A stretch of 64,000 nt of DNA, taken from a virus. Of this stretch, positions 1 through 9,500 are shown piece after piece. The stretch covers positions 1 to 64,000 of the IMG/VR virus record IMGVR_UViG_3300047409_000574; one strand, written 5' to 3'. Position 1 is the first letter of the stretch. Every line of letters starts with the position of its first letter. The translations under genes were made by a program, and so were the position numbers. The notes under the pieces were generated by a model. That model saw only the letters and a program-made list of their open reading frames with translations. It made no database searches and was not told the DNA's origin.

Positions 1-189
1 TCTGAGGAGGCCCGCCAGGAGGCGGAGGCCGAAGCGAACGCGAAGATCGAGGCGCTCAAGGAGGAGCATGCGGCAGCGATGGCCGACCTCCATGAGAAGC
101 TGGCGAAGGCGGAGGCGGACGCGAAGAAGCCCGCCGCGAAGAAGCCCGCTTCTCGCTCGACGCCGAAGAAGGAGGAGGGCGGGGACTAG
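1..189 (+). CDS. 3' end of a charged, Ala/Lys-rich phage protein (partial)
   Basis: Frame 1 is open from the window start to TAG at 187-189 (SEEARQEAEAEANAKIEALKEEH...KKEEGGD); followed by a terminator. Confidence 0.7.
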   Translation, partial: SEEARQEAEAEANAKIEALKEEHAAAMADLHEKLAKAEADAKKPAAKKPASRSTPKKEEGGD

Positions 190-211
190 TCCCCGGCCGT
201 CCCTTTCCTTG

Positions 212-261
212 CTGGGCCGGGCCGAGTACCCGATGGGTCTCTGGCTCGGCCCAGTTTTGTT
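212..261 (+). terminator. Intrinsic terminator
   Basis: Long imperfect stem CTGGGCCGGGCC...GGCTCGGCCCAG followed by TTTTGTT. Confidence 0.7.
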
Positions 262-277
262 AGGGGGCTGAACAGCG

Positions 278-829
278 ATGGAGCCGGTGACGGCAACCCA
301 GGTTCGTGCGTGGAGTCAGGTGCGCTTCGAGCGGTTCGGGCTGGTCGAGGACACCGATCTCCAGGAGTTCGTGAACCGGGCGACCGGCTACGTGTTCATC
401 GTGACCGGCCAGACGTACGAGTCGATGACCGACGACGTGTTCGGGATGCTGGTGCAGTCGCAGTTGCGTCAGGCGATCCAGATGCGCACCGAGCAGGTCG
501 TGTTGCAGGGCAAGCGCGGCTATGTCGGCTCGGCGGCGGAGAAGGATGTGATCCAGTCGTTCTCGGCTGGCGGCTACTCGGAGACACGCACGACGGGTGG
601 CTTCTCACGGGCGGGCGCGGCGGAGAAGTCGATCAACTCGTGGCCTGCCCTGTCGGAGCTTCTCTGGCTGCTGATGACCGACGAGCGGTTCGCATGGTGG
701 GTCGCGTTCACGTCGGGGCAGTCCGCGCCGGACTTCACGATCGAGGAGTACGACTGGCGGGGTCTCTCGACCGTGCTGGCGTTCTTCGAGCCGTGGGATG
801 GCATCTCTCCGAACCTGGTCGGCTACTGA
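278..829 (+). CDS. Putative head-tail adaptor/connector
   Basis: 183 aa; first gene of the neck cluster; contains IQSFSAGGYSET, resembling gp15-type adaptors. Confidence 0.6.
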   Translation: MEPVTATQVRAWSQVRFERFGLVEDTDLQEFVNRATGYVFIVTGQTYESMTDDVFGMLVQSQLRQAIQMRTEQVVLQGKRGYVGSAAEKDVIQSFSAGGYSETRTTGGFSRAGAAEKSINSWPALSELLWLLMTDERFAWWVAFTSGQSAPDFTIEEYDWRGLSTVLAFFEPWDGISPNLVGY

Positions 830-1257
830 TGGGGCTGGAGTCTGCGTTCGTTGACCGTGCTCGGCCGGTGCGCAAGCAGCAGGTGACCGAGGACGTGCTG
901 GGGGTGCCGACACCGGTGGCGCGGGTGGCGGGCATGACGCAGATGGCCGACGTGCCGGGCGCATGGTTCGACGCGTTCCTCCAGCTTCCGACCGGCGGGG
1001 AGGACTCGCAGGATTCCTCGCATGGCCGTCGCCGGGTGGTCAAGTCGCCGACGTTGATGTTCGACACGGTGGACGACGAGTTGGTGACGGTGAACTTGAC
1101 GCCGGAGGACAAGGTGGAGGTGGTCTCGGAGCGGTTCGGCACGGCCACCTGGGAGGTGGTCGCCGATCCGACGCCGTTGGCGACGCTCGACGAGATCATC
1201 GGGTGGAGCGTGACCGTGAAGCGGATCGCCGACCATCAAGTTTCGGACGCGGCCTGA
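829..1257 (+). CDS. Putative head-closure protein
   Basis: ATG overlaps the upstream TGA; beta-rich C-terminus (DKVEV...TWEVVADP); position in the neck module. Confidence 0.55.
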   Translation: MGLESAFVDRARPVRKQQVTEDVLGVPTPVARVAGMTQMADVPGAWFDAFLQLPTGGEDSQDSSHGRRRVVKSPTLMFDTVDDELVTVNLTPEDKVEVVSERFGTATWEVVADPTPLATLDEIIGWSVTVKRIADHQVSDAA

Positions 1258-1809
1258 ATGTATTACGGCGGCCGTCTTGCACCCTTCTTCGAGCGCACCG
1301 GCGTGCACGAGCTTTGCTTGGAGATGGTCAACCACGGGGGCGAGAGGATGACGCATCTCGTGAAAATCAACACCCCTGTGGGCCACCAGCCGTTCACGGA
1401 GGACTACATCCCCGGCGCGTTGCGCGCGTCGATCACGAAGAAGCTGACGACGTTCTCGACACGCGGCGGCCGGATGGTGTACGAGTCCGGCGCGTTTACG
1501 GACGTTAGTTACGCCCCGTATGTTGAGAACGGGACTGGTCTCTACGGCGAGTACCGGCGGAAGTACCTGATCGTGCCGAAGAAGCCGGGCGGCTGGCTGT
1601 CGTGGATCGACCAGCAAACCGGGCAGCGAATCTTCGCGCGCAAGGTGATGCACCCCGGCTCGCCGGGCAGCCACATGTTCGAGTTCGGCGCGGCGATCAC
1701 CGAGCAAGAGTTCGGTATCTGGTCGCAGCGGATGGTGCAGACCTGGGCGCGCCGTCAGGAGCGCCGGGCGGCGACGCAGGTGCCGATCATGGTGACGGCC
1801 CGGCTGTGA
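1258..1809 (+). CDS. HK97 gp10-like neck/tail-completion protein
   Basis: Motifs TPV...GALRASI, YAPYVENGTG, FARKVMHPG. Confidence 0.75.
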   Translation: MYYGGRLAPFFERTGVHELCLEMVNHGGERMTHLVKINTPVGHQPFTEDYIPGALRASITKKLTTFSTRGGRMVYESGAFTDVSYAPYVENGTGLYGEYRRKYLIVPKKPGGWLSWIDQQTGQRIFARKVMHPGSPGSHMFEFGAAITEQEFGIWSQRMVQTWARRQERRAATQVPIMVTARL

Positions 1810-2453
1810 CGGACACGACCTGGACGGTCTCCGGCGACGTGCCGTTCGTCAATCCGTTTGGCGAGGATGTACGGCTGCCGGAGCGCACGATCGAGGATGC
1901 GCTGCGTTCGGTGCGCAAACATCTCGCGGAGGTGCTGGTCGAGGTCGGCGGGCGCTGGCTCCAGACCGGCGACGCGGGCTGGGAGGTGCGCTACTGGGAC
2001 GACCGGGGAACGTTCGAGTTGCCGTTCGCGAGGGTGTCGGCGATCGGGCCGGACACGGTGACCGGCCCGCCGATGTACGCGGAGGTGAGTCAGCCGATGA
2101 CGATTCATCTCTACCCGCACCCGGCGGAGGACACCGAGCATGCGATCCTCCAGGCCGACCGGCTGCGCGGGGTGATCCAGACGGCGCTCCACTTCGGTGC
2201 CGCCCGCGGCCGGGCGTTGCGCATTCCGCTCTGGGATTTCGGTGAGGCCACCGGCCTGTACGACGACAGCGAGGCGCGCCGGTCGAGCGACTACCTCAAG
2301 GTTGTGGGGCTTGGAACCGAGCGGCTGATCGACCCGGAGGACGACCGGTACGCCTGGGTGGTTGTCAACTTTCGTGCCCAATGGCGGCGTGTGCCCAGCG
2401 GAGTTCCTGGGCTTCTCGTAGAATCCGTGCGCATGTCCGCGCACCCTAGGTAG
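1806..2453 (+). CDS. Putative tail terminator
   Basis: GTG overlaps the upstream TGA; lies between the gp10-like gene and the sheath. Confidence 0.5.
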   Translation: MTDTTWTVSGDVPFVNPFGEDVRLPERTIEDALRSVRKHLAEVLVEVGGRWLQTGDAGWEVRYWDDRGTFELPFARVSAIGPDTVTGPPMYAEVSQPMTIHLYPHPAEDTEHAILQADRLRGVIQTALHFGAARGRALRIPLWDFGEATGLYDDSEARRSSDYLKVVGLGTERLIDPEDDRYAWVVVNFRAQWRRVPSGVPGLLVESVRMSAHPR

Positions 2454-2468
2454 GAGGAGAGCAAAGTC

Positions 2469-2774
2469 GTGGCGAAGCCAAGCGACAGCACCGTCTCCGA
2501 CGCGGCCGACGAGGGCGCGGACGAGCAGACGGTTGTGAAGCAGGATGTTCCGCAGGCGACCCAGGATGAGGTCGCGGCGGACGAGCAGGACAAGGGCGGC
2601 ACGACGGCGTTCTCGCGCGATCGGCTGTTGCGCGACGCGCAGCCGCTACTCGGTCTCGACACGCATGTCGTGGCCGGGGCGCTGCACGCGAGCACGGAGG
2701 AGTACCTGACCATCGACGAGGCACGGGCGCTCGTTGAAACCTGGCTCACGGCTCCTGTCGGGGCCGAGAGCTAA
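2469..2774 (+). CDS. Small acidic protein preceding the sheath
   Basis: AGGAGG RBS; 101 aa; position matches the small pre-sheath gene of PBSX-like tails. Confidence 0.6.
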   Translation: MAKPSDSTVSDAADEGADEQTVVKQDVPQATQDEVAADEQDKGGTTAFSRDRLLRDAQPLLGLDTHVVAGALHASTEEYLTIDEARALVETWLTAPVGAES

Positions 2775-2787
2775 GGGAGGAGAGCAG

Positions 2788-4275
2788 ATGCCTGGCTCAT
2801 TCAATCTCGCGAACCTGCCGAAGCGCGCAGGGGCGTACTTCAATTTCCTGGCGGCGTCGATCCCGTCGATCCTGCCGAGTGTCGGCGATGTGCTCGCGGT
2901 TCCGTTCGTGCACGACTGGGGGCCGACCGGCGAGGTGTCGTTCCTGGGGTCGTTCTCGGACTTCGTCGCGATCTACGGCGTGCACGATCCGAACCAGCCG
3001 GGCTACCGGGCGGTCAAGCAGGCGTTCCAGGGGCAGGGCATTCCCGGCATTCGCGGTGCTGGCGCGGTGCTCGGCTACCGCATGTCCGGGTCGGCGGGCG
3101 CGCAGGCAACTCTGTCTCTCAACAACACGACACCGGCGGCGGCGTTGCGGGTCGATGCGCTCTACAAGGGCACGCGCGGGAACAGCTTGCGGGTGTCGCT
3201 TCGCACGAACAGCAACGACGTGACCAAGAAGGACTTGGTCGTGCTCGACGGGTCGAGCGAGATCGAGTCGTGGACGTACGACCCGGCGCTTTCGACTCCG
3301 CTCGCGCGGCTTGCGGCGGACGTGAACGGCAACTCGAACTGGGTTGCGCTGACTGTCGTGATCGACACGGTCGCGCTCGCGACGGTCACGTCGGTGCCGC
3401 TCGCGGGTGGCAACGATGGTGCGACGCTGGTGGCGGGCGACTGGACGGCGATGATGGCGGGGTTCGAGCAGCAGCGGTTCGGCTACTTCGCCCCGTTCGA
3501 CCTGACCGATTCGTCGATCCTGACGGCGCTCAAGGCGTGGGGGCAGAACCTCAACACGAAGGGCAAGCGGTTCTTCGTGGTGACCGGCGGCGCGCTCGGG
3601 GAGACGGTCACGACCGCGATCACGCGTGCCCTGTCGTTCAACGATCCCGATTTCGTCACGGTCGGGGTCGGCTCGATTCGCGACAACTCGCTGCTTGACG
3701 CGAACGGCAACGCGGTGATCTTGAGCACCGCGCAGTTCGTGCCCCGGCTCGCCGGGATCATGGCGCAGCTTGGTGAGACCAGTTCGCTCTCGGGCGCGCG
3801 GGTCGCGGGGGCCGAGCTTCTCGCCGATGCGGCGACCGAGTCGGCGATCGACCTGGCGTTCGATGGCGGGGTGATCGTGCTCGGCCGGGACTCCGACCTG
3901 GATGCGCCGGTGCGGATCGAGAAGGGTCTGACGACCTGGACGAACGCCGCGGACGCCGACCGGCCGTACAAGATTTTCCGCACGCCGAAGTACGTGCGCA
4001 CGCTGCACGACCTCCAGATGGAGTTCACCGACTACATCACCTCGTTCGTGATCGGCAAGGTGCAGGTCAACTCGGCGACCCGCTCGGGCGTGGTCGGCGA
4101 GCTTTCGGCGCGGATGGCGATTCGCGAGTCGCTGGGGGCGGTGCAGAAGGCTTGGTCGGTGGGGGTCTCGACTGTCCCGCCGCCGTCCGACGATGACGAG
4201 TTCATCGCGCTCGATATCGGTCTCGGGTTCGGCCGGTCGGCCGAGCAGGTGCTCCTGTCGATCACGAGCCACTGA
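2788..4275 (+). CDS. Tail sheath protein (XkdK-like)
   Basis: RBS GGGAGG; N-terminal RAGAYFNF, WGP, ALYKGTRGN, LAGGNDG; C-terminal VRIEKGLTT...YVRTLH...IGKV. Confidence 0.9.
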   Translation: MPGSFNLANLPKRAGAYFNFLAASIPSILPSVGDVLAVPFVHDWGPTGEVSFLGSFSDFVAIYGVHDPNQPGYRAVKQAFQGQGIPGIRGAGAVLGYRMSGSAGAQATLSLNNTTPAAALRVDALYKGTRGNSLRVSLRTNSNDVTKKDLVVLDGSSEIESWTYDPALSTPLARLAADVNGNSNWVALTVVIDTVALATVTSVPLAGGNDGATLVAGDWTAMMAGFEQQRFGYFAPFDLTDSSILTALKAWGQNLNTKGKRFFVVTGGALGETVTTAITRALSFNDPDFVTVGVGSIRDNSLLDANGNAVILSTAQFVPRLAGIMAQLGETSSLSGARVAGAELLADAATESAIDLAFDGGVIVLGRDSDLDAPVRIEKGLTTWTNAADADRPYKIFRTPKYVRTLHDLQMEFTDYITSFVIGKVQVNSATRSGVVGELSARMAIRESLGAVQKAWSVGVSTVPPPSDDDEFIALDIGLGFGRSAEQVLLSITSH

Positions 4276-4296
4276 CGGTAAGGAGAGGAGGAACGT

Positions 4297-4842
4297 ATGC
4301 CATCCACTGTGAGTTCTGTGGCGCAGGACGCGCTCAACGTGTTCAGCGGCATGTACGGGTCGGTCTGGCGGGACAACATCCGGCTGGGCGAGGTGATCGA
4401 GTTCTCCGGCACCGTCGGGATCGGTCGGATCGACGTGCCGCTGGTCGGGCAGACACGGGTCGGCCACAAGCCGGGCCGGGAGACACGCGAGGGCACGATG
4501 CGCGTGCAGAAGCGGGACGCGAAGTGGGAGATGGAGATTTACAACTTCTTCTCCCAGTCGCTCGACGACCGCCGGGCGAGCCGCGACGCGGGCGCTCCGA
4601 GCTTGCGACCGTTCTCGCTGATCTGCGAGTACGACGACCCGGATGCGCTCGGCCGGGAGCGCTGGCAGTTCGACGGCTGCCTGATCTGGAACCTGCCGTT
4701 GGGCATGTCGATCGCGGACGACCAGGTCGAGCGGGACTACACGATCACCTGGGAGAGCGAGCGCCCGCTGGAGGTGTTCGAGAAGGTCGTCGGGCCGGGC
4801 GGGGTGGCCGCGCCACGCTGGATCGTGGGGCCGACGCCGTAG
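4297..4842 (+). CDS. Tail tube protein (XkdM-like)
   Basis: SGMYGSVW, GHK, GTM and DDPDALGRER motifs; follows the sheath. Confidence 0.85.
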   Translation: MPSTVSSVAQDALNVFSGMYGSVWRDNIRLGEVIEFSGTVGIGRIDVPLVGQTRVGHKPGRETREGTMRVQKRDAKWEMEIYNFFSQSLDDRRASRDAGAPSLRPFSLICEYDDPDALGRERWQFDGCLIWNLPLGMSIADDQVERDYTITWESERPLEVFEKVVGPGGVAAPRWIVGPTP

Positions 4843-5156
4843 TGCCAGCGACGGATCATGAAAGAGTCCTTGTCAAATTCCGTGCGTACATCGCGGCGAA
4901 GTCGTCGCACGGTCGCGACAAGCTCCTTCAACGTCTTGCGGAGATCGAGGAGGAGTGCATGATCCCGGAGGATCAGTCCGGGTTCGATGAGACACCGTTG
5001 TGGCCGCGTGGCCGAGGGCTGCACGTGACGCCCCACGAGGTCACACCGGAGTCCGCACGGCCTGTCGGTGGCGGGGACATTCCGCCGCCTGCACCACCGC
5101 ACCACCCATTCACGGAGCACGACACGGCCTCTCACGCTACGCGCGCGACTGCTTGA
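4842..5156 (+). CDS. Hypothetical protein
   Basis: GTG overlaps the tube TAG; VPATDHERVLVKFRAYIAAK..., fills the gap before the chaperone. Confidence 0.45.
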   Translation: MPATDHERVLVKFRAYIAAKSSHGRDKLLQRLAEIEEECMIPEDQSGFDETPLWPRGRGLHVTPHEVTPESARPVGGGDIPPPAPPHHPFTEHDTASHATRATA

Positions 5157-5193
5157 TCGCTCTCCACCCACTCACTCTCGGAAGGAGAGAGCG

Positions 5194-5877
5194 ATGGCAA
5201 GTACCGAAGAAACCCGGCCGCCTGACCCGGAGGTCAACCCGGCGGCTCGTGAGCAGCTAGACGCTGCGCAGGAGGGGCGGCTTGCCCAGCCCCCGTCGAT
5301 CGAGTCGCTGCACAAGCCGGGGCCGGAGTTCGATGCACGAGGGCCGGAGAAGGCGGTCGAGCGGGCTTCGCTGAGTGTTCAGTCGGCCCGCACGATGAAG
5401 GACGACCAGAAGCTCGACGCGATGGAGTTCCTGCTCGGCGACGGGGAGGACTTCGACTACGAGGACTTCTTCGAGGTGTTGGAGATCAACGTGGGTTCCG
5501 ACACGTCACCGAAGCTGATCGAGTGGACGATCAAGCCGCTCGACGGGGAGACGTTCCAGACGTTGCGCAACCGGGCGATGGGCAACCGGGATGCGCGCCG
5601 TTCCGGCTCGGGTGAACTCGACGTGACTTCGTTCAACCTGATGATGGTGGCGGCGGCGACGGTGAACCCCGACCTGGCGGCGGTCGTTCAGGCGAAGGGT
5701 CTCCAGTCGGCTGACCCGTTGCACGGCCCGATGCAGGTGATCGCCAACCGGTTCGCGCATAAGCCGGGCCTGGTCGATCAGATCGGCGGCCGGGTGATGT
5801 TGCTGTCGGGTTACGACGAGGGTGACGTGAAGCGGTCGGTGCCGACCATGACCCAGATGAGGGCAGCGGGAAACTAG
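5194..5877 (+). CDS. Tail assembly chaperone (XkdN-like)
   Basis: AAGGAG RBS; WTIKPL, ATVNPDL, KPG...LSGY motifs; ends at a slippery site. Confidence 0.8.
   Translation: MASTEETRPPDPEVNPAAREQLDAAQEGRLAQPPSIESLHKPGPEFDARGPEKAVERASLSVQSARTMKDDQKLDAMEFLLGDGEDFDYEDFFEVLEINVGSDTSPKLIEWTIKPLDGETFQTLRNRAMGNRDARRSGSGELDVTSFNLMMVAAATVNPDLAAVVQAKGLQSADPLHGPMQVIANRFAHKPGLVDQIGGRVMLLSGYDEGDVKRSVPTMTQMRAAGN
5868..5874 (+). promoter_or_regulatory. -1 ribosomal frameshift heptamer G GGA AAC
   Basis: XXXYYYZ heptamer directly before TAG; the -1 frame is open into ORF 5895-6083. Confidence 0.8.
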
Positions 5878-6083
5878 CTCGATCAGGCGGGGAGATGCGG
5901 CTTCTCTACCTCGCCTGGCGACATGGGGGACACGATCCGTACCGACTCTACAACGCGCTCGACGAGAACTACGTGCCGATGGATGGCGGGGAGCCTCGCC
6001 CCCCTCGCCATCCCGATCGGTTGCGCGCTGTGATCTACGGCTTCGCCGAGACGGCGTCGATCGAGGAGGCCAAGCGAGGATGA
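5874..6083 (+). CDS. Frameshifted C-terminal extension of the tail chaperone
   Basis: -1 frame reads LARSGGEMRLLYLAWRHGGHDPY...AKRG*. Confidence 0.7.
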   Translation, partial: LARSGGEMRLLYLAWRHGGHDPYRLYNALDENYVPMDGGEPRPPRHPDRLRAVIYGFAETASIEEAKRG

Positions 6084-6556
6084 GCGCGGTGTATGCCACG
6101 CACGAGGCGAGAGGCGTGAGACTCGCTGATCTGGAACTCGCGCGCAAGCTCGACGTAGGTGATGCCACCAGTGGCGTGTCGCGTACGGATCGCCGCCACC
6201 GTAGCGTCGCTCAGTCGAGCAAAGGGGTGCTGCTCGCCGCTCGCGTGGTGCAGCAGCCCCCTGTCGATTGCGTCGCGGACGTTCTTCGAGTGGGTGCCGA
6301 GTTCCAGATGGTCGTAGCGCGCACACGGTTTGTTGTCGCACTTGTGGAGCACGTACAACCTGCCGGGCACGGGGCCGAACTCGATTACCCAGGCGAGCCG
6401 GTGGGCGAGGTACACGACGCCCTTGTGGCAGAAGCGCCCGTAGCCGTTCGGCTGGAGTGGCCCGAGCCACGGCCAGCATGCGTCGCCCGGCGCGGAGCGA
6501 TCTACCGAGGCGTCGAAGCGGTCGAGCACGTAGGAGTCCAGCACGTAGTCGGCCAT
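6035..6556 (-). CDS. HNH homing endonuclease (antisense insertion)
   Basis: CWPWLG..NGYG..AHRLAW..VLHKCDNKPC..HLELGT..N plus GEQHPFARLS and a C-terminal HTH. Confidence 0.85.
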   Translation of the reverse strand: MADYVLDSYVLDRFDASVDRSAPGDACWPWLGPLQPNGYGRFCHKGVVYLAHRLAWVIEFGPVPGRLYVLHKCDNKPCARYDHLELGTHSKNVRDAIDRGLLHHASGEQHPFARLSDATVAAIRTRHATGGITYVELAREFQISESHASRLVRGIHRAHPRLASSIDAVSAKP

Positions 6557-6563
6557 CGGTGCG

Positions 6564-6592
6564 AGCCTAACCCAAACAGAGGAAGGTAGCAA
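6564..6592 (-). promoter_or_regulatory. SigA-like promoter for the HNH (leaderless)
   Basis: TTGCTA-N17-TAGGCT, 7 nt upstream of the ATG at 6556. Confidence 0.6.
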
Positions 6593-6598
6593 ACTCCG

Positions 6599-9500
6599 TT
6601 GGCGACTGTGGACGGAACGTTCCGCATAATAGATCGAGCGAGCATTCCGATGGAGCGGATGAAGCGTAACGCGGAGCAGCTTGACCGTGCGGTCGCGCGT
6701 GCGGGCTTGTCGATGGACACGCTCGGCAACCGTTCCCAGCAGAAGCAGATCGGTGACACGGATCGGGTGGTGCGCAACTTCGGGTCGGGCGCGCAGGACA
6801 CGGAGCGGAAGGTGCGCAACTTGCACAACGAGATGGATCGCGGCCAGTCGCGCTGGGCGCGGTTCCGGGGTGCGATCAAGGAGACCGGCATCCTGCTGTT
6901 CTCGCTCGGGAAGATCATTCAGGTGCTCAAGTTCCCGGCGATGGGGGCGGCGGTCGGGATCGCGGCGCAGGCGATCGGCGCGCTCGCCGGTGGTGTGATT
7001 GCGCTGCTGCCGCAACTGTTCAGCCTGTCGGGTGTGGTGGCGGCGCTCGGGCCGACGCTGGTCGGGATGGGCCTCGCGATGGTGACGGTGAAGCTCGCGA
7101 CGAAGGACTTGTCGGCGGCGCTGGGCGGGAACGCGCAGGCGCTCAAGCGGCTGACGCCCGAGGCCAAGGCGTTCGTGCAGACCTTGCGGAGCTACCACAT
7201 CGAGATGCAGAAGATTCGCGAGTCGGCGCAGAAGGGTTTGTTCCCCGGCCTGGAGGTGGCGATCACTCGGTTCGCGCGGGCGATCCCGATGATAAAGACG
7301 CTGGTGAACGAGATGGGCAAGGCGCTGGGCGGGGTGGCGGCGCAGGCGGGCACCCGGTTCACTTCGCAGGGCTTCCTGGCGGACTTCGCGAAGATGGGCG
7401 AGACCGGGACGAAGGTGGTGAGCGGGCTGGGGCGGGCGCTCATCACGTTGGTTTCGGCGTTCCGGCATATCGCGATTGCGGCTGCGCCGTTCACGCTCTG
7501 GCTGGTGAAGGGCGTGGAGCACATGGCGAAGCTGATCGAGAAGTGGGCGATCTTCGGACGCGACTCGGGCAAGTTCGGGGCGTGGCTCGACAAGACGCGC
7601 TCGAACATGCAGATGTTCGGTCGCATCCTGCACAACATCTGGACGTGGTTCCAGAATCTCGGTCGGGCCGCCGGGCCGCTCGGCCGGATGTTGTGGCATG
7701 ACGTGGAGAAGGCGACGGGTGCGTGGGCGAAGATGACGGGGAGCATCACGGGGCAGATTCGTCTGACGCGTGAGTTCACGGCGATGCGTCCGGCGATCCG
7801 CGAGATCGTGACGCTGTTCGACGACCTGGTGCGTGCGCTGTTTGACATGGGCAGCCAGGCGGGTCTCGCCGGAACGGTGCATCAGCTTGATCTGATGATC
7901 CCGAAGCTCAAGGAGATTCTGAACGCGCTCGCGAACGCGTTCGGCCCGCCGATCGTCGCGCTGCTCGACCAGTTGGCTAAGACGTTGGAGACGCTGCTGG
8001 TGGCGACGGGGCCGTTCGCTGTGCTGCTGACGTTCCTGACCGGCATCTTTAAGGTCATCAACAGCTTGACGCGGCTGATCCCGCACTTCGGGCAGGTGAT
8101 GGCGAGCGCGTTCGCGGTGGTCGGGGTGGGGCTGATGCTGTCGAGGGTGCAGTCGTTGGCGACGAAGTGGTGGGCGGTTGCGACGGGCGCGCGGGCGGCT
8201 GCTGCTGCGGAGGGGGCGGCTATCGCGCTGGCCCCGGCGGCGCTGGGTGCGACCGGGCTGGCGGCGGGGGCGGCGGGCGCGATCCCCGGTGCGGCGGCTG
8301 CTGCGACTCTGGCGGGCGGGGAGGCGGTCACGGCTGGCGGTCTCATCATTCCGGCGTCTGCGGCGGGGGCGGTGCTCACGGCGGAGAAGGTTGGTCTCGG
8401 GGCTGGGGCGAAGGCGATCGGCGGGCGGGTGGCGCAGTTCGCGGGGAAGTTCGCGCTGCCGGTGATGGCGGCGATGGGCGCGTACGGGGCGGTGACGACG
8501 CCGGGCAGTTTCCGGGAGCGGGTCGGGACGGGTTTGAGCAAGGCGACGTTTGGGGTGTCGGATGTGCTCGGTGGTCTCGGCAGCATGTACGCCGGTCGGC
8601 GCTACGGCGAATACAAGGAGAGCATCACCCCGAGGCGCACGCTGGAGTCGAAGTACGTGGCCGGGCAGATGGGGAGCTTCCAGGACAGGATCGGGGGGCT
8701 GGGCGGCGAGTCGCCGAACTTCAAGCAGTTGAAGTTGCAGATCGACCAGTACCGGACGGCGATCAAGGGCTGGCAGGGTGTCGCGCGTCCGGCGTATCAG
8801 GACGCGACGAACCAGCTTCGCACCCAGCTTGGTGTGCTGCTCGCCGTGAACAAGGCGATCCAGGATCGGAAGAACCAGGAGTCGCGCGCGCTGGGCTACA
8901 AGACGTTGCGACAGGAGGGCCAGGCGTTCGACATTTACGCCAAGCAGTTCGGCGCGGGACAGGCGGGGCTGCGTACGAACGCGGACGTGCTCGGGCGGCT
9001 CCAGTCGATGCAGGGGCCGGGTCGGCGCATCCTGGCCGCGAACTATCTGGCGTGGCTTGACGAGGAGCAGAAGGGCAACAAGAAGCTGCTACCGGCGTAT
9101 GCCCAGTATTCGGATGCGGTGGTCGCGATGTACCGCGACCTGGGCATCAAGGTGAAGGTCATCAATGGCGAGTTGAGGTTCGGGACGGCGGGCGCTTGGA
9201 AGGACATAAAGAACGCGATGGTCGGCAACGCGGCGGAGGCTGCGCGTGAGGTGGCCGCGTCGTTCACCGCGATCCAGAACAAGGCGGTCGGGGTGCTGCT
9301 GGCGATGGGCTTCGCGCCGGGCAAGGCGCACGCGATCGTGCAGGCGGTCGAGACCGGCGGGGCGGCGGGCAAGGCTGCGAACCAGGCGGTCGGGATGGCG
9401 GCGGCCGGTCTCGCTGGGCCGGTGAAGAACGAGGGGCTGATCCCCACTCCGAGAGGCAAGGCGTTGGGCGGGCGGATCGCCGGGACTTCCCGGTTCGACA

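Noticed and set aside
6557-8086. Upstream part of the 683-aa minus ORF 6035-8086
   Set aside because: Shadow of the tape measure gene; only 6035-6556 has HNH motifs and a promoter
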